A DNA stretch of 64,000 bases from an uncultured delta proteobacterium (GCA_963785725.1 CAWAWS010000003.1:64001-128000); one strand, 5' to 3'; shown: positions 55,252 through 63,760, counted from the first letter of the stretch. Notes: generated by a model not told the origin, from the sequence alone. Made by a program: numbers and translations.

Positions 55252-55554
55252 GTTGCGCGGTCATCGCAACTCGCGGGCCAAGCTGCATCCCGCGCAAGCT
55301 CCGCATCAGACGCGTCTCTCGCACGGCGGCCGCGGTGAAAAGCGGACGGCAGATGTTGGACCACCGACGACGTGTGCGACGAGGCGCGGAACCGGCCGAC
55401 ATCGCACGTCACGACAGAGTCGCCGAACAGCCACCGTGAAACGAGCGCACAGGCTCTTCTTTATAGATTAAGATGAATCGTCTTACGTGTTTTCAGCGTG
55501 GTGCTCCATGCGTAGGCTGAGGTTCGACTCCTGCTGCCCCAGCGTGCCGGCGCG

Positions 55555-57270
55555 ATGAGCTCGCGGCCGGGCGTCGCGTTCGGTCGCTACCGCCTCGTCG
55601 AGCCGCTGGGCTCGGGCGGCATGGCCGTCGTCCATCGCGCGGTCATCGACGGTCCGCGCGGCTTCGCCAAGACGCTCGTCGTCAAGCGCATCCTCGCGCA
55701 GTATTCGCACGATCCGAGCTTCGTCAGCATGCTCGTCTCCGAAGCGCGGCTGTCGGCGCTGCTGCGCCATCCGGCGATCGTCCAGGTCCACGACTTCGGC
55801 GAGGTCGGCGGCGAGTACTTCCTGGCGATGGAGTACATCGAGGGCCACGATCTCGTCGCCGTCCGCAAGGGCTGCCGCGCGGCCAAGACGTTCCCGCCGC
55901 CGGGGCTCGTGTGCCACATCGTCTCCGAGGTGGCGGCGGCGCTGGCCTACGCGCACGCGCTCACCGACGAGGACGACCGCCCGCTCGAGATCGTGCATCG
56001 CGACGTCAGCCCGTCGAACATCATGGTCACCAAGCAGGGCAGCGTGAAGCTGCTCGACTTCGGCATCGCGCGCGCGGCCGAGTGTGTCCGCGACGAGCGC
56101 ACGCGCACGGGCACCGGCACGCTCAAGGGCAAGATCAGCTACATGGCGCCGGAGCAGGCCGACGGGCTCGGCACCGACCGGCGCTCCGACATCTTCGCGC
56201 TCGGGGTGGTCTTCTACGAGTGCCTGACGCTGCGCCGGCTCTTCAAGTCCGACAACGAGCTGACCACGCTGCGGCTGGTGCGCGAAGCCAACGTGCGTCC
56301 GCCGTCGGAGCTCGCGCCCGACATCGGGGCCGATATCGACGCGGTCGTGCGCCAGATGCTGACGCGCGATCCCGCCGAGCGCTACGGCAGCTGCGACGAG
56401 GTCGTCGCGGCGCTGGCGCCGATCATCCATCGCCTGCACGCCGACGCGCCTGCGCTCAAGCGCTTTCTCGCGAAGGTGCCGCCGATCCGCGCGGCCGCGC
56501 CGGCTGCGCCGGCCGCGTCGCCCACGACGATCCTGGGCGAGCTGAAGGAGAGCGAAGCGGCGACGACGCCGGCCACGCCCAGCCGGCACGAGCCGCCGGT
56601 GTCCGCCGACGAAGCGGCGCCGACGACGGCGACCCACTCGATGGGCGAGATCAACCCGGTGAGCGGGCTGCGGCCGCCGTCGCGCCTGCGCTCGCCGACG
56701 ATCTGGATCACCGCCGTGGCGGTGGCGGCGCTGCTGCTGCATTTGGCGCTGCGCCACGAGCCGAGCCCGGCCCCGACAACGCCGGCGACGACGACGCCAG
56801 CGCCGCCGGCGGCGACGACGCCGCCACCGCCGGGGACGACGACGATGACACCGACGACACCGACAGCGCCGCCGATGACGACGACACCGCCGCCGCCACC
56901 GCCGACGGCGACCCGCAGCGTCGTCGCGTCAACGCCGGCGCCGTCGTCCAAGCCGCCCGTCGACAAGCCGCAGGCGCGGCTGCGCGTCACAGGGACGGCG
57001 GGCGCCGAGATCCTCGTCGACGGAGCGCTCGTCGGACACGTGCCCGCCGCGCTGCGGCTGCCCGGCGATGCCGCGAAGCACGAGCTGATGGTGCGACGGC
57101 CCGGCTTCGTGCGCATGACGCGCACCATCGCGCTCGCGAGCGACTCGCCGCTCGACATCGACGCGCAGCTGCAACGCATGCCGCCCGCGCCGTCGCGCCA
57201 CGCGGCGCCGTCTCCGCCGCGCAAGCCGAAGGTCGACGCGCTCAAGCCGGTCGATCCCTTCGCCGAGTAG
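55555..57270 (+). CDS. Hanks-type Ser/Thr protein kinase with TM segment, Pro/Thr linker and PEGA-like C-terminus
   Basis: LGSGGMA; VVKRI; HRDVSPSN; DFG; YMAPE; SDIFALG. Confidence 0.95.
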   Translation: MSSRPGVAFGRYRLVEPLGSGGMAVVHRAVIDGPRGFAKTLVVKRILAQYSHDPSFVSMLVSEARLSALLRHPAIVQVHDFGEVGGEYFLAMEYIEGHDLVAVRKGCRAAKTFPPPGLVCHIVSEVAAALAYAHALTDEDDRPLEIVHRDVSPSNIMVTKQGSVKLLDFGIARAAECVRDERTRTGTGTLKGKISYMAPEQADGLGTDRRSDIFALGVVFYECLTLRRLFKSDNELTTLRLVREANVRPPSELAPDIGADIDAVVRQMLTRDPAERYGSCDEVVAALAPIIHRLHADAPALKRFLAKVPPIRAAAPAAPAASPTTILGELKESEAATTPATPSRHEPPVSADEAAPTTATHSMGEINPVSGLRPPSRLRSPTIWITAVAVAALLLHLALRHEPSPAPTTPATTTPAPPAATTPPPPGTTTMTPTTPTAPPMTTTPPPPPPTATRSVVASTPAPSSKPPVDKPQARLRVTGTAGAEILVDGALVGHVPAALRLPGDAAKHELMVRRPGFVRMTRTIALASDSPLDIDAQLQRMPPAPSRHAAPSPPRKPKVDALKPVDPFAE

Positions 57271-57365
57271 ACATGACGGGTGAGCGATCATCGCGCATGT
57301 CGGTGAGACGTCTCCTCGTTGACGAAAGTGCGCGTTCCTTGATACGGTCGATAAAGGGAAATCGT

Positions 57366-58067
57366 GTGAACCGAGTCGGAGTCAGGTGCCTCGCGCTGCT
57401 GTTTGCGCTCGCGCTAATACCCTCGGCTGCACATGCCGAGGGGCGTGACGAGGCGCGCATTTTGTACAAGCGCGGCCAGGATCACTTCAATCACGGTCAG
57501 TTCAAATCGGCGTTCGAGGAGTTCAGCCAATGCTACGCGCTGAGCCCGCGTCCGCTCCTCCTCTACGACATGGGGTTGACGGCATTGCGGCTGGAGAAGT
57601 ACGACACCGCGCTCGATCTATTGCGCCGCTTTTTGTCGACGATGGACAAGCCCACGCCCGAGCGCAACACGGCCGAGGCGCTGGTGGCCCGGCTGCAAGC
57701 GAGCGGTTCGCGCGGCGATCCGGGCACGCCGACGCCGCCGCTGTCCGAGCCGGCCAGCCCGACGGCCGTCAGCCCGACGCCGGCCAGCCCGACGCCGGCC
57801 AGCCCGACGGCCGTCAGCTCGACGCCGGCCAGCCCGACGCCGACGCCGGTCGTGGACGGAGCGTTGACTGCGACGGCGGCGAGCCCGTCATTGACCGCGC
57901 CGCCGACGCTGACGCAGCAGGCGGCGCCGCCGCCGCGACGGCGCGGGCTCATCTTGGGGCTGAGCATCGGCGCGGCGGCCGTCGTGGTCGGCGCAGTCGC
58001 GATCGGCATCGTGTTCGGCACCGAGCGCGGCCCGACGACGACGATCGGCAGCGGGCACCTGCAGTGA
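57366..58067 (+). CDS. TPR-containing exported protein with C-terminal TM segment
   Basis: Signal peptide; EARILYKRGQDHF...A..EF...Y..SP.P.LLYDMG; PASPT repeats; TM helix. Confidence 0.75.
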   Translation: MNRVGVRCLALLFALALIPSAAHAEGRDEARILYKRGQDHFNHGQFKSAFEEFSQCYALSPRPLLLYDMGLTALRLEKYDTALDLLRRFLSTMDKPTPERNTAEALVARLQASGSRGDPGTPTPPLSEPASPTAVSPTPASPTPASPTAVSSTPASPTPTPVVDGALTATAASPSLTAPPTLTQQAAPPPRRRGLILGLSIGAAAVVVGAVAIGIVFGTERGPTTTIGSGHLQ

Positions 58068-59488
58068 GAGCGCTCATCGTCCTCGCCTTGCTCGCCCAAG
58101 GCTGCCTGATCCGACCGTGCGACGACGGGACGCTGTTCATCGAGCTGACGATGAGCACCGCCGCGACGCACGCCGACCAGCTGCAGTTCGACGCGACCTA
58201 CGGCGGGCAGCACTCGCAAGCGCTGGTGCGCTACACGTCCGGCGCGACGACGGGCACCGTCCAGCTCGACTTCCCGCACGGCTATCCGCGCGGACTCGAG
58301 CTCGCGCTCACGGTCACGGCGCTGCAAGGCGCGAGCATCCTCGCGACCGGATCGACGTCGGCGAGGCTGAGCGGCAGCTGCGCGCGCATCTCGGTCGCGC
58401 TCGCCGACGTGACCGCGAACGGCCCCGATGGTGGCAACGGTGGCGATCTCGCCGCCGCGGCCGACGCCGCAGTCGACGCTGCGGTCGACGACGGCGCCAC
58501 CGACCTGGCGCCGCCGCTGCGGTCGCTCGACGGCAGCGTCGGGGCGCCGCTCCCCGTCGCCACGAGCCTGTCGCCCGCGTCGGTGATCGTCGGCGCAGGC
58601 GCGACCAAGCTGACGGTGACCGGCTCGGGCTTCGTGGCGACGTCGCAGATCACCTTCAACAACACGGCGGCGACGACGACCTTCGTGGACGCGAGCCACG
58701 TCAGCGCGACGCTCACCTCGGCGCAGCTGGCCACGATCGCCACCATCCAGGTGCGCGTCGTGACCCCGGCGCCGGGCGGCGGCACGTCGGCCGCCCTGCC
58801 GTTCGCGGTCAGCTGCCAGCCGATCACGAGCGGCCTGCTCGCCCACTGGACGATGGACACCTCCTCGATCAGCGGCACCACGCTGGCCGACAGCTCGGGC
58901 AACCACAACGACGGCACGCTCAGCGGCTTTACGGCGCCGGTGACGGTCACGGGCGAGCTCGGCCAGGCGCTGTCGTATCCCGCGTCGGGCAGCGCGCACG
59001 TCGCCGTTCCCTCGATCGCGCTCGATCTGACGGCGGGACATACGAACAGCTTTTCCTTCTGGTTCTATCGCGCGGCCGGCTCGGTCAACGACGTGCTGTT
59101 CTTGCTGCCGTCGCCCTACGGTTCGCGATACGACCTGTGGCTGACGGGGAGCGCCGGCCAGTTCCTCTGCTTCAACAGCGGAAACAACGATTGCTTCGGC
59201 GTTCAGAACAACAACCTCATCGGTCGCTGGGTCCACGTCGTGGCCCTCTTCGGCAACGGCTCGACGGCGACCTCCAACCTCTACATCGACGGCGTGCAGT
59301 ACACGCCGTCATGCCTCACCGGCAGCGGATTCGAGCCCTGCCAGAGCAGCACCGCCGGGCTGCCGGTCAGCCTCGGCGGCGACACCGACTTCTACTTCCA
59401 CGGGCTGTTCGACGAAGTCCGCGTCTACGACCGCGCCTTGACGGCGAGCGAAGTGACGACGTTGTACAGCGGCAACGTCTGCCCGTAG
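58064..59488 (+). CDS. Lipoprotein with IPT/TIG and LamG-like domains
   Basis: LAQGC; SLSPAS...LTVTGSGF; LLAHWTMD...DSSGNHNDG; FHGLFDEVRVYDRALT. Confidence 0.82.
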   Translation: MRALIVLALLAQGCLIRPCDDGTLFIELTMSTAATHADQLQFDATYGGQHSQALVRYTSGATTGTVQLDFPHGYPRGLELALTVTALQGASILATGSTSARLSGSCARISVALADVTANGPDGGNGGDLAAAADAAVDAAVDDGATDLAPPLRSLDGSVGAPLPVATSLSPASVIVGAGATKLTVTGSGFVATSQITFNNTAATTTFVDASHVSATLTSAQLATIATIQVRVVTPAPGGGTSAALPFAVSCQPITSGLLAHWTMDTSSISGTTLADSSGNHNDGTLSGFTAPVTVTGELGQALSYPASGSAHVAVPSIALDLTAGHTNSFSFWFYRAAGSVNDVLFLLPSPYGSRYDLWLTGSAGQFLCFNSGNNDCFGVQNNNLIGRWVHVVALFGNGSTATSNLYIDGVQYTPSCLTGSGFEPCQSSTAGLPVSLGGDTDFYFHGLFDEVRVYDRALTASEVTTLYSGNVCP

Positions 59489-59654
59489 CGCTGCGCCGAA
59501 TGGCGACCTCATGAGAAGTATGGGCGGAGAGCGGCGGTCACGATCCGCACGCAAAAGCGCGCACCGGTTTCGAGCCGGGCTCGGGGCCATCCCCAATTCA
59601 CTCTCCGGAAGTTGCCCGCGAGAACCGGCGGGCGCGGCTGTTACGACGTGAAGC

Positions 59655-60821
59655 TCAGCCCTTTACGCACAAGAGCTGCTTGAGCTCGGCCACGATCTCG
59701 ACCAGATCGCGCTGATTGGCCATGACCTGATCGATCGCCTTATAGGCGCCGGGGATCTCGTCGATGACGCCGTGATCCTTGCGGCACTCCACTCCCGCCG
59801 TCTGCGCGCGCAGATCGTCGAGCGTGAACGTTCGCTTGGCCGCCGAGCGCGACATGCGGCGGCCGGCGCCGTGCGACGCCGACTCGAAGGACTCGGCGTT
59901 GCCCAGGCCGCGTACGATGTACGAACGCGTTCCCATCGAGCCGGGGATGATGCCGAGCTCGCCGCGTCCGGCGCGGATCGCGCCCTTGCGCGTCACCAGC
60001 AGCTCGGCGCCGAAGTGCTGCTCCTCGGCGACATAGTTGTGGTGGCACGAAATGGGCGGCGCGAACGCCACGTCGGACCGAACGAAGCGCGCGAGCACGG
60101 AGCGGTAGAGCTCGAGCATCACCTGCCGATTCGCCGCCGCGTAGCGCTGCGCCCAGAACAGATCGCGACGATACGCGGCCATTTCCGCCGTGCCGGCCAA
60201 AAATACGGCCAGGTCGCGATCGGGCAGCTCACGGTTATGCGCCAGCTGCTTGGCGCGATGGATATGCAGCTCCGCCAGCTCCTTGCCGATGTTGCGCGAA
60301 CCGGAATGCAACATCAGCCAGACGCGATCTTCGGTGTCGAGACAGAGCTCGATGAAGTGGTTGCCTCCGCCCAGCGTTCCCAGCTGCTTGCGCGCCTTGC
60401 CCTCCAGCGACTGCACGCGCTCGTCGAGCGCACCGAACTCGGCGAACAGGTCGTAGTGGCGGGCCAGCTTCACGTCGTCGTGCGCGTTGAAGCCGACGGG
60501 GATCAGCGCTTCGATCGCCGCGCGCAGATCGCCGAGCTGCTCGGGCAGATCGTGCGAGGTCAAGTTGGTGCGCTGCGCGGCCATGCCGCAGCCGATATCG
60601 ACGCCGACGGCCGCGGGCGCGATCGCGTCTTTCATCGCCACGACCGAGCCGACGGTGGCGCCCTTGCCGAGGTGCACGTCGGGCATCACCGCGACGTGCG
60701 AGAAGCACCACGGCAGCGACGCGATGTTCTTGAGCTGCGTCAACGCCGCCGACTCGACCTCTTCGAGCGGCGCCCACATCTTGATGGGTACGTTCTTTCC
60801 TTTGAGCTCCGAGATGGACAT
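59655..60821 (-). CDS. rtcB: RtcB RNA 2',3'-cyclic phosphate/5'-OH ligase
   Basis: MPDVHLGKG; VGVDIGCG; GTLGGGNHFIE; LHSGSR; CHHNY; RKGA; IPGSMG; SHGAGR; DEIPGAYK. Confidence 0.97.
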   Translation of the reverse strand: MSISELKGKNVPIKMWAPLEEVESAALTQLKNIASLPWCFSHVAVMPDVHLGKGATVGSVVAMKDAIAPAAVGVDIGCGMAAQRTNLTSHDLPEQLGDLRAAIEALIPVGFNAHDDVKLARHYDLFAEFGALDERVQSLEGKARKQLGTLGGGNHFIELCLDTEDRVWLMLHSGSRNIGKELAELHIHRAKQLAHNRELPDRDLAVFLAGTAEMAAYRRDLFWAQRYAAANRQVMLELYRSVLARFVRSDVAFAPPISCHHNYVAEEQHFGAELLVTRKGAIRAGRGELGIIPGSMGTRSYIVRGLGNAESFESASHGAGRRMSRSAAKRTFTLDDLRAQTAGVECRKDHGVIDEIPGAYKAIDQVMANQRDLVEIVAELKQLLCVKG

Positions 60822-60966
60822 GGGTTGTCTCCATTGTCTGGGTGAAAGATAAAGCGATCAATCGCCGCCGTCGTGCTCGAGCTCGCCGTCTCAATGGACG
60901 GCGTTGCGCAGCCAGGCGCGCCTGCCGCGGCAGAGCGTCTGTGCGCGCGACGGGCCGATGCTTTCG

Positions 60967-61040
60967 TGCTCCGAGCGCGATTCGAACGCGCACTGGACGA
61001 CTTCTGAGACCGTCGCCTCTACCGATTGGGCTATCGGAGC
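60967..61040 (-). tRNA. tRNA-Leu(CAG), atypical short variable loop
   Basis: GCTCCGA TA GCC CAATCGGTAGA GGC G ACGGT CT-CAG-AA GTCGT CCAGT GCGCG TTCGAAT CGCGC TCGGAGC A. Confidence 0.85.
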
Positions 61041-61069
61041 AAAACAGAGTGCCTCGGGCAGAGAGTGAG

Positions 61070-61136
61070 CAGGTCGCCGAGGAGTCGAACCTCGCTGCCC
61101 GGTTTTGGAAACCAGGCCGATCCCAGATCGCGACCC
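61070..61136 (-). tRNA. tRNA-Trp(CCA) with truncated D-arm
   Basis: GGGTCGC GATC-TGG-GATC GGC CTGGT TT-CCA-AA ACCGG GCAG CGAGG TTCGACT CCTCG GCGACCT G (67 nt, G73). Confidence 0.75.
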
Positions 61137-61152
61137 AAGGGCGAACAAAATT

Positions 61153-61229
61153 GCAGCTGGTGGAAACGGAGGGTTACTCCGCGTCGGACACCCGTGTCCG
61201 ACATTCCGGGTGGGGGATAACCCAGCTGC
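61153..61229 (-). ncRNA. Candidate Ro60-associated (Y-like) RNA, copy B
   Basis: Terminal stem GCAGCTGG/CCAGCTGC; unpaired GTTATCCCCCACCC; GGAA/TTCC; hairpins GTCGGACA/TGTCCGAC and GCGGAG/CTCCGT. Confidence 0.55.
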
Positions 61230-61270
61230 TCCGGCTCGCCGACAGCGAAACAAAACGCGGACGAGGAATC

Positions 61271-61337
61271 GGGCTGGGGTTGCGGGCTTCGAACCCGCGC
61301 CGGCGTTGGCCGGCTTCAACCGATGATAACCCAGCCC
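61271..61337 (-). ncRNA. Candidate Ro60-associated (Y-like) RNA, copy A, with T-arm
   Basis: Terminal stem GGGCTGG/CCAGCCC; unpaired GTTATCATC; GGTT/AACC; hairpin GCCGGC-CAAC-GCCGGC; T-arm GCGGG-TTCGAAG-CCCGC. Confidence 0.6.
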
Positions 61338-61349
61338 ATTCGGCCCGCG

Positions 61350-61423
61350 TGGAGCCACTCGTCGGAGTCGAACCGCCTTGCCCGTATACGAGACGGGTGC
61401 CTTCCCGGAAGGCAACGAGGGGC
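61350..61423 (-). tRNA. tRNA-Thr(CGT), atypical, CCA encoded
   Basis: GCCCCTC GTT GCCTT CCGGG AAGGC A CCCGT CT-CGT-AT ACGGG CAA GGCGG TTCGACT CCGAC GAGTGGC T CCA; one mismatch each in the acceptor and T stems. Confidence 0.78.
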
Positions 61424-61495
61424 AAATGCCGGCCGCGATCGGCCGGCGGTATTACTCAGTCTTCGAACGCGCTCGTGTTCCCATTACAGTTACAG

Positions 61496-63145
61496 TTACG
61501 GACGTGGCCGCGTGCGCGCGAAGTCGGCCAAGATCGTCGGCGTGGCCGTATCGAAGCCGACCACGTCGAGCATCCCGGCATCCGTCGGATCGGCGATCGA
61601 GAAGCCGTTCGACACCATGCCCACGACCACCAGCTTGGCCGCGATTCCCAGGCGCTGCCGATACTGTCGCAGCGCCTGCGCCGGATGGATGCCGCCGGCC
61701 CACGTCTCCGAGTCGGTGTAGATGACGAACGTATCCACCTCGACGCGGCGCTCGATCGCCCACAACATCGGCTGCGCGCAGTCGGTGCCGCCGAAGGGCA
61801 GCCCGCTGACCCGCTCGACGGCGCGGTCGAGCCGCCAGTGCGGCGAGATGTCGAGCTCCGTCAGCGACGGTGCACCGCCACCATATTGCCCGCCGTACTG
61901 GCCGTTGCCGGCGCTCGTGAAGGCGACGAAGGCGTGCTGCTTCTCCGTCGCCGCCGTCACCAGCGCCATCGCCGCGCTCGCCACGCGCGGCGTCAGCCCG
62001 GGCACGCCCGCCACCGCGCCGCCGTCCATCGAGCCCGAGACGTCGAGCGCCAGCAGCGTCCGCATGCCCGATGGCTCGACATGCTTGAACGACGCATGGA
62101 ACGCGTCGCTCAGCGCGTCGACGATCGCGGCCCGCGGCGTCCACGTGTGCTGGCCGCGGACGCCGCGACCGGCGGCGTACGTCTTGAGCGCCGCCAGGAT
62201 CGCGATCGGATGGATGCGCGCCGCCGCCAGCCGCGCGCCGTCGCGCAGCCGGTCGGCCACGAGCCGCGTGGCGTCGCTGAGCACGCCCAGCAGCCCGACG
62301 CGGGTCATCGTCGCCAGGTTGCGGATCAGCGCCGCCAGCGGCATGTGCTCGAGCAGCGCCTCCCACACGCGCGCCTCGTCGAGCCACACCGTCGGGACGC
62401 ACTCGCGCGGCAGGTTGTGCTGCGTCACCAGCCGCACGATCTCGCGCACGTCGGTCGCGCGCTTGGCCTGCTCGAAGGCGTCGACGAGCGCCAGCGCCGG
62501 CGGCACCGGCTGCCGCAGCTCGCCGCGCACGATCCAATGATAGAGCTCGTCGTGCTCGGCCGACGGCGCCTTCGGGTGGGCGAGACGCAGCAGATCGCGC
62601 GTCGACCAGCCGTCGCGCGACTGATACTTCACCGCCTGGTACGCGACAGTACCAACGGGCTTGTCATTGAACCAGCGCTGCACCGCCGTCCGCGTAGCGC
62701 GGCCCCAACCACCGAACGCTTGTACGTATTCGGCGAAGTGCATGAGGTGCGTGCCCGTGCGGCAGACCTGGGGCAGCGCCGCCAGGGCCGCGCGGCGCGT
62801 CGCGAAGTCGCCGCGCTTGGCGGCCATCGCCAGCGCGAAGATCGCCGGATCGTTCTTGGGCGCCCGGCCGGCGTCGCTGACGGCGACGATCTGCGCGACG
62901 GTGCGCGCGCCGTCGCCGTCGATGCAGCGGGCGACCGCCTCGGCGTTCTCCCGCGTCAACGCCGGCTCCTTGGCGTAATAGCTGCCGCCCTCGGTGCCGA
63001 GAATCAGGAAGCGGTCGAGCCGCGTCCAGTCGTCGACGGCCCAGGCGAAGCCGCCGCCGGAGTTGGCGACCTGCGTCGAGCCCGGAATGGGCTGCGACTG
63101 CGGCGTCTGGTTGAGCGAGAACAGCTTTCCATAGTTGATACCCAC
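61496..63145 (-). CDS. rsr: Ro60/Rsr TROVE-domain RNA-binding protein with vWA domain
   Basis: QVANSGGGFAW..DDW.RLDRFLILGTEGGSYY; KYQSRDGWS.RDLLRLAHP; MP..ALIRNL; IHP; MIDAS DVSGSM; GGTDC; YTDSETW; DVVGFD. SD AAGGAGGTGA precedes the GTG start. Confidence 0.95.
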   Translation of the reverse strand: MGINYGKLFSLNQTPQSQPIPGSTQVANSGGGFAWAVDDWTRLDRFLILGTEGGSYYAKEPALTRENAEAVARCIDGDGARTVAQIVAVSDAGRAPKNDPAIFALAMAAKRGDFATRRAALAALPQVCRTGTHLMHFAEYVQAFGGWGRATRTAVQRWFNDKPVGTVAYQAVKYQSRDGWSTRDLLRLAHPKAPSAEHDELYHWIVRGELRQPVPPALALVDAFEQAKRATDVREIVRLVTQHNLPRECVPTVWLDEARVWEALLEHMPLAALIRNLATMTRVGLLGVLSDATRLVADRLRDGARLAAARIHPIAILAALKTYAAGRGVRGQHTWTPRAAIVDALSDAFHASFKHVEPSGMRTLLALDVSGSMDGGAVAGVPGLTPRVASAAMALVTAATEKQHAFVAFTSAGNGQYGGQYGGGAPSLTELDISPHWRLDRAVERVSGLPFGGTDCAQPMLWAIERRVEVDTFVIYTDSETWAGGIHPAQALRQYRQRLGIAAKLVVVGMVSNGFSIADPTDAGMLDVVGFDTATPTILADFARTRPRP

Positions 63146-63187
63146 GGCTCACCTCCTTACGGCCCGCTCCATACGGGCGATTCAGGT

Positions 63188-63263
63188 TGGTACGGAGCCA
63201 GGGAATCGAACCCTGCGCAGCGAGTTTGTAGGACTCGTATCACCCCCAGGTGAGCTGCTCCGC
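63188..63263 (-). tRNA. tRNA-Val(TAC), atypical D-arm, CCA encoded
   Basis: GCGGAGC AGC TCACC TGGG GGTGA TA CGAGT CC-TAC-AA ACTCG CTGCG CAGGG TTCGATT CCCTG GCTCCGT A CCA. Confidence 0.8.
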
Positions 63264-63284
63264 ATGAAATGCAATGCAATGACG

Positions 63285-63357
63285 TGCTCCCGGCAGGAGT
63301 CGAACCTGCAATGTCCGGTTTAGAAGACCGGCGCCCATTCCATTGGGCTTCGAGAGC
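63285..63357 (-). tRNA. tRNA-Arg(TCT)
   Basis: GCTCTCG AA GCCC AATGGAAT GGGC G CCGGT CT-TCT-AA ACCGG ACATT GCAGG TTCGACT CCTGC CGGGAGC A. Confidence 0.9.
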
Positions 63358-63377
63358 GATTGGACGCAAACAAGCAG

Positions 63378-63450
63378 TGCTCCCGGCAGGAGTCGAACCT
63401 GCACTTCATCCTTCGCAGGGATGTGACCTATCCATTAGTGCGACGGGAGC
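63378..63450 (-). tRNA. tRNA-Arg(GCG)
   Basis: GCTCCCG TC GCACTAATGGATAGGTC A CATCC CT-GCG-AA GGATG AAGT GCAGG TTCGACT CCTGC CGGGAGC A; weak D-stem. Confidence 0.82.
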
Positions 63451-63464
63451 TTGAATACATCGAG

Positions 63465-63536
63465 TGTCCTCGCCAGGAATCGAACCTGGAATGTCGGCTT
63501 CGGAGACCGGCGTGAGATCCATTTCACTACGAGGAC
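63465..63536 (-). tRNA. tRNA-Arg(CCG)
   Basis: GTCCTCG TA GTGA AATGGATC TCAC G CCGGT CT-CCG-AA GCCGA CATT CCAGG TTCGATT CCTGG CGAGGAC A. Confidence 0.88.
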
Positions 63537-63556
63537 GACGCTGTCACTTCAGTGAG

Positions 63557-63749
63557 TAGTCGTGGCGGGATTCGAACCCGCACGGTCGAAGCAAGAGATC
63601 CTCTGAGGAAACGCGCTTCCCTGCCAAAGCGTTCCCGCCCGGGCCCGGTGCATCCGTAAACCTTGGATCTCGCCGCCGTCAGGCGTCTCCGACTGCTTTC
63701 GCTATCGGTTTCCGTTTTTCCGACGCGCTCCCTTTTGCGCTACACGACC
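63557..63749 (-). ncRNA. tRNA-shaped RNA with a 128-nt structured insert replacing the anticodon loop
   Basis: Acceptor GGTCGTG/CACGACT plus A; TA; D-arm GCGC-AAAAGGGA-GCGC; G; stem TCGGA/TTCGA enclosing 63591-63718; CCGT; T-arm GCGGG-TTCGAAT-CCCGC. Confidence 0.75.
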
Positions 63750-63760
63750 ATTCGAAACGG

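Noticed and set aside
60891..61425. Short ORFs between rtcB and rsr
   Set aside because: They overlap tRNA and ncRNA structures that explain the sequence better.
63676..63718. Resemblance of the insert (GGAAACC...GAAA...GGAGACGC) to a c-di-GMP-I riboswitch
   Set aside because: Only a loose partial match, and the context is not a 5' UTR. An Rfam scan is needed.
63557..63749. Calling the tRNA-shaped RNA a tmRNA, YrlA or group I intron-containing tRNA
   Set aside because: No G3:U70, a real D-stem is present and no tag reading frame is evident; the topology is not permuted like YrlA; the insert is short and I could not find group I core motifs.
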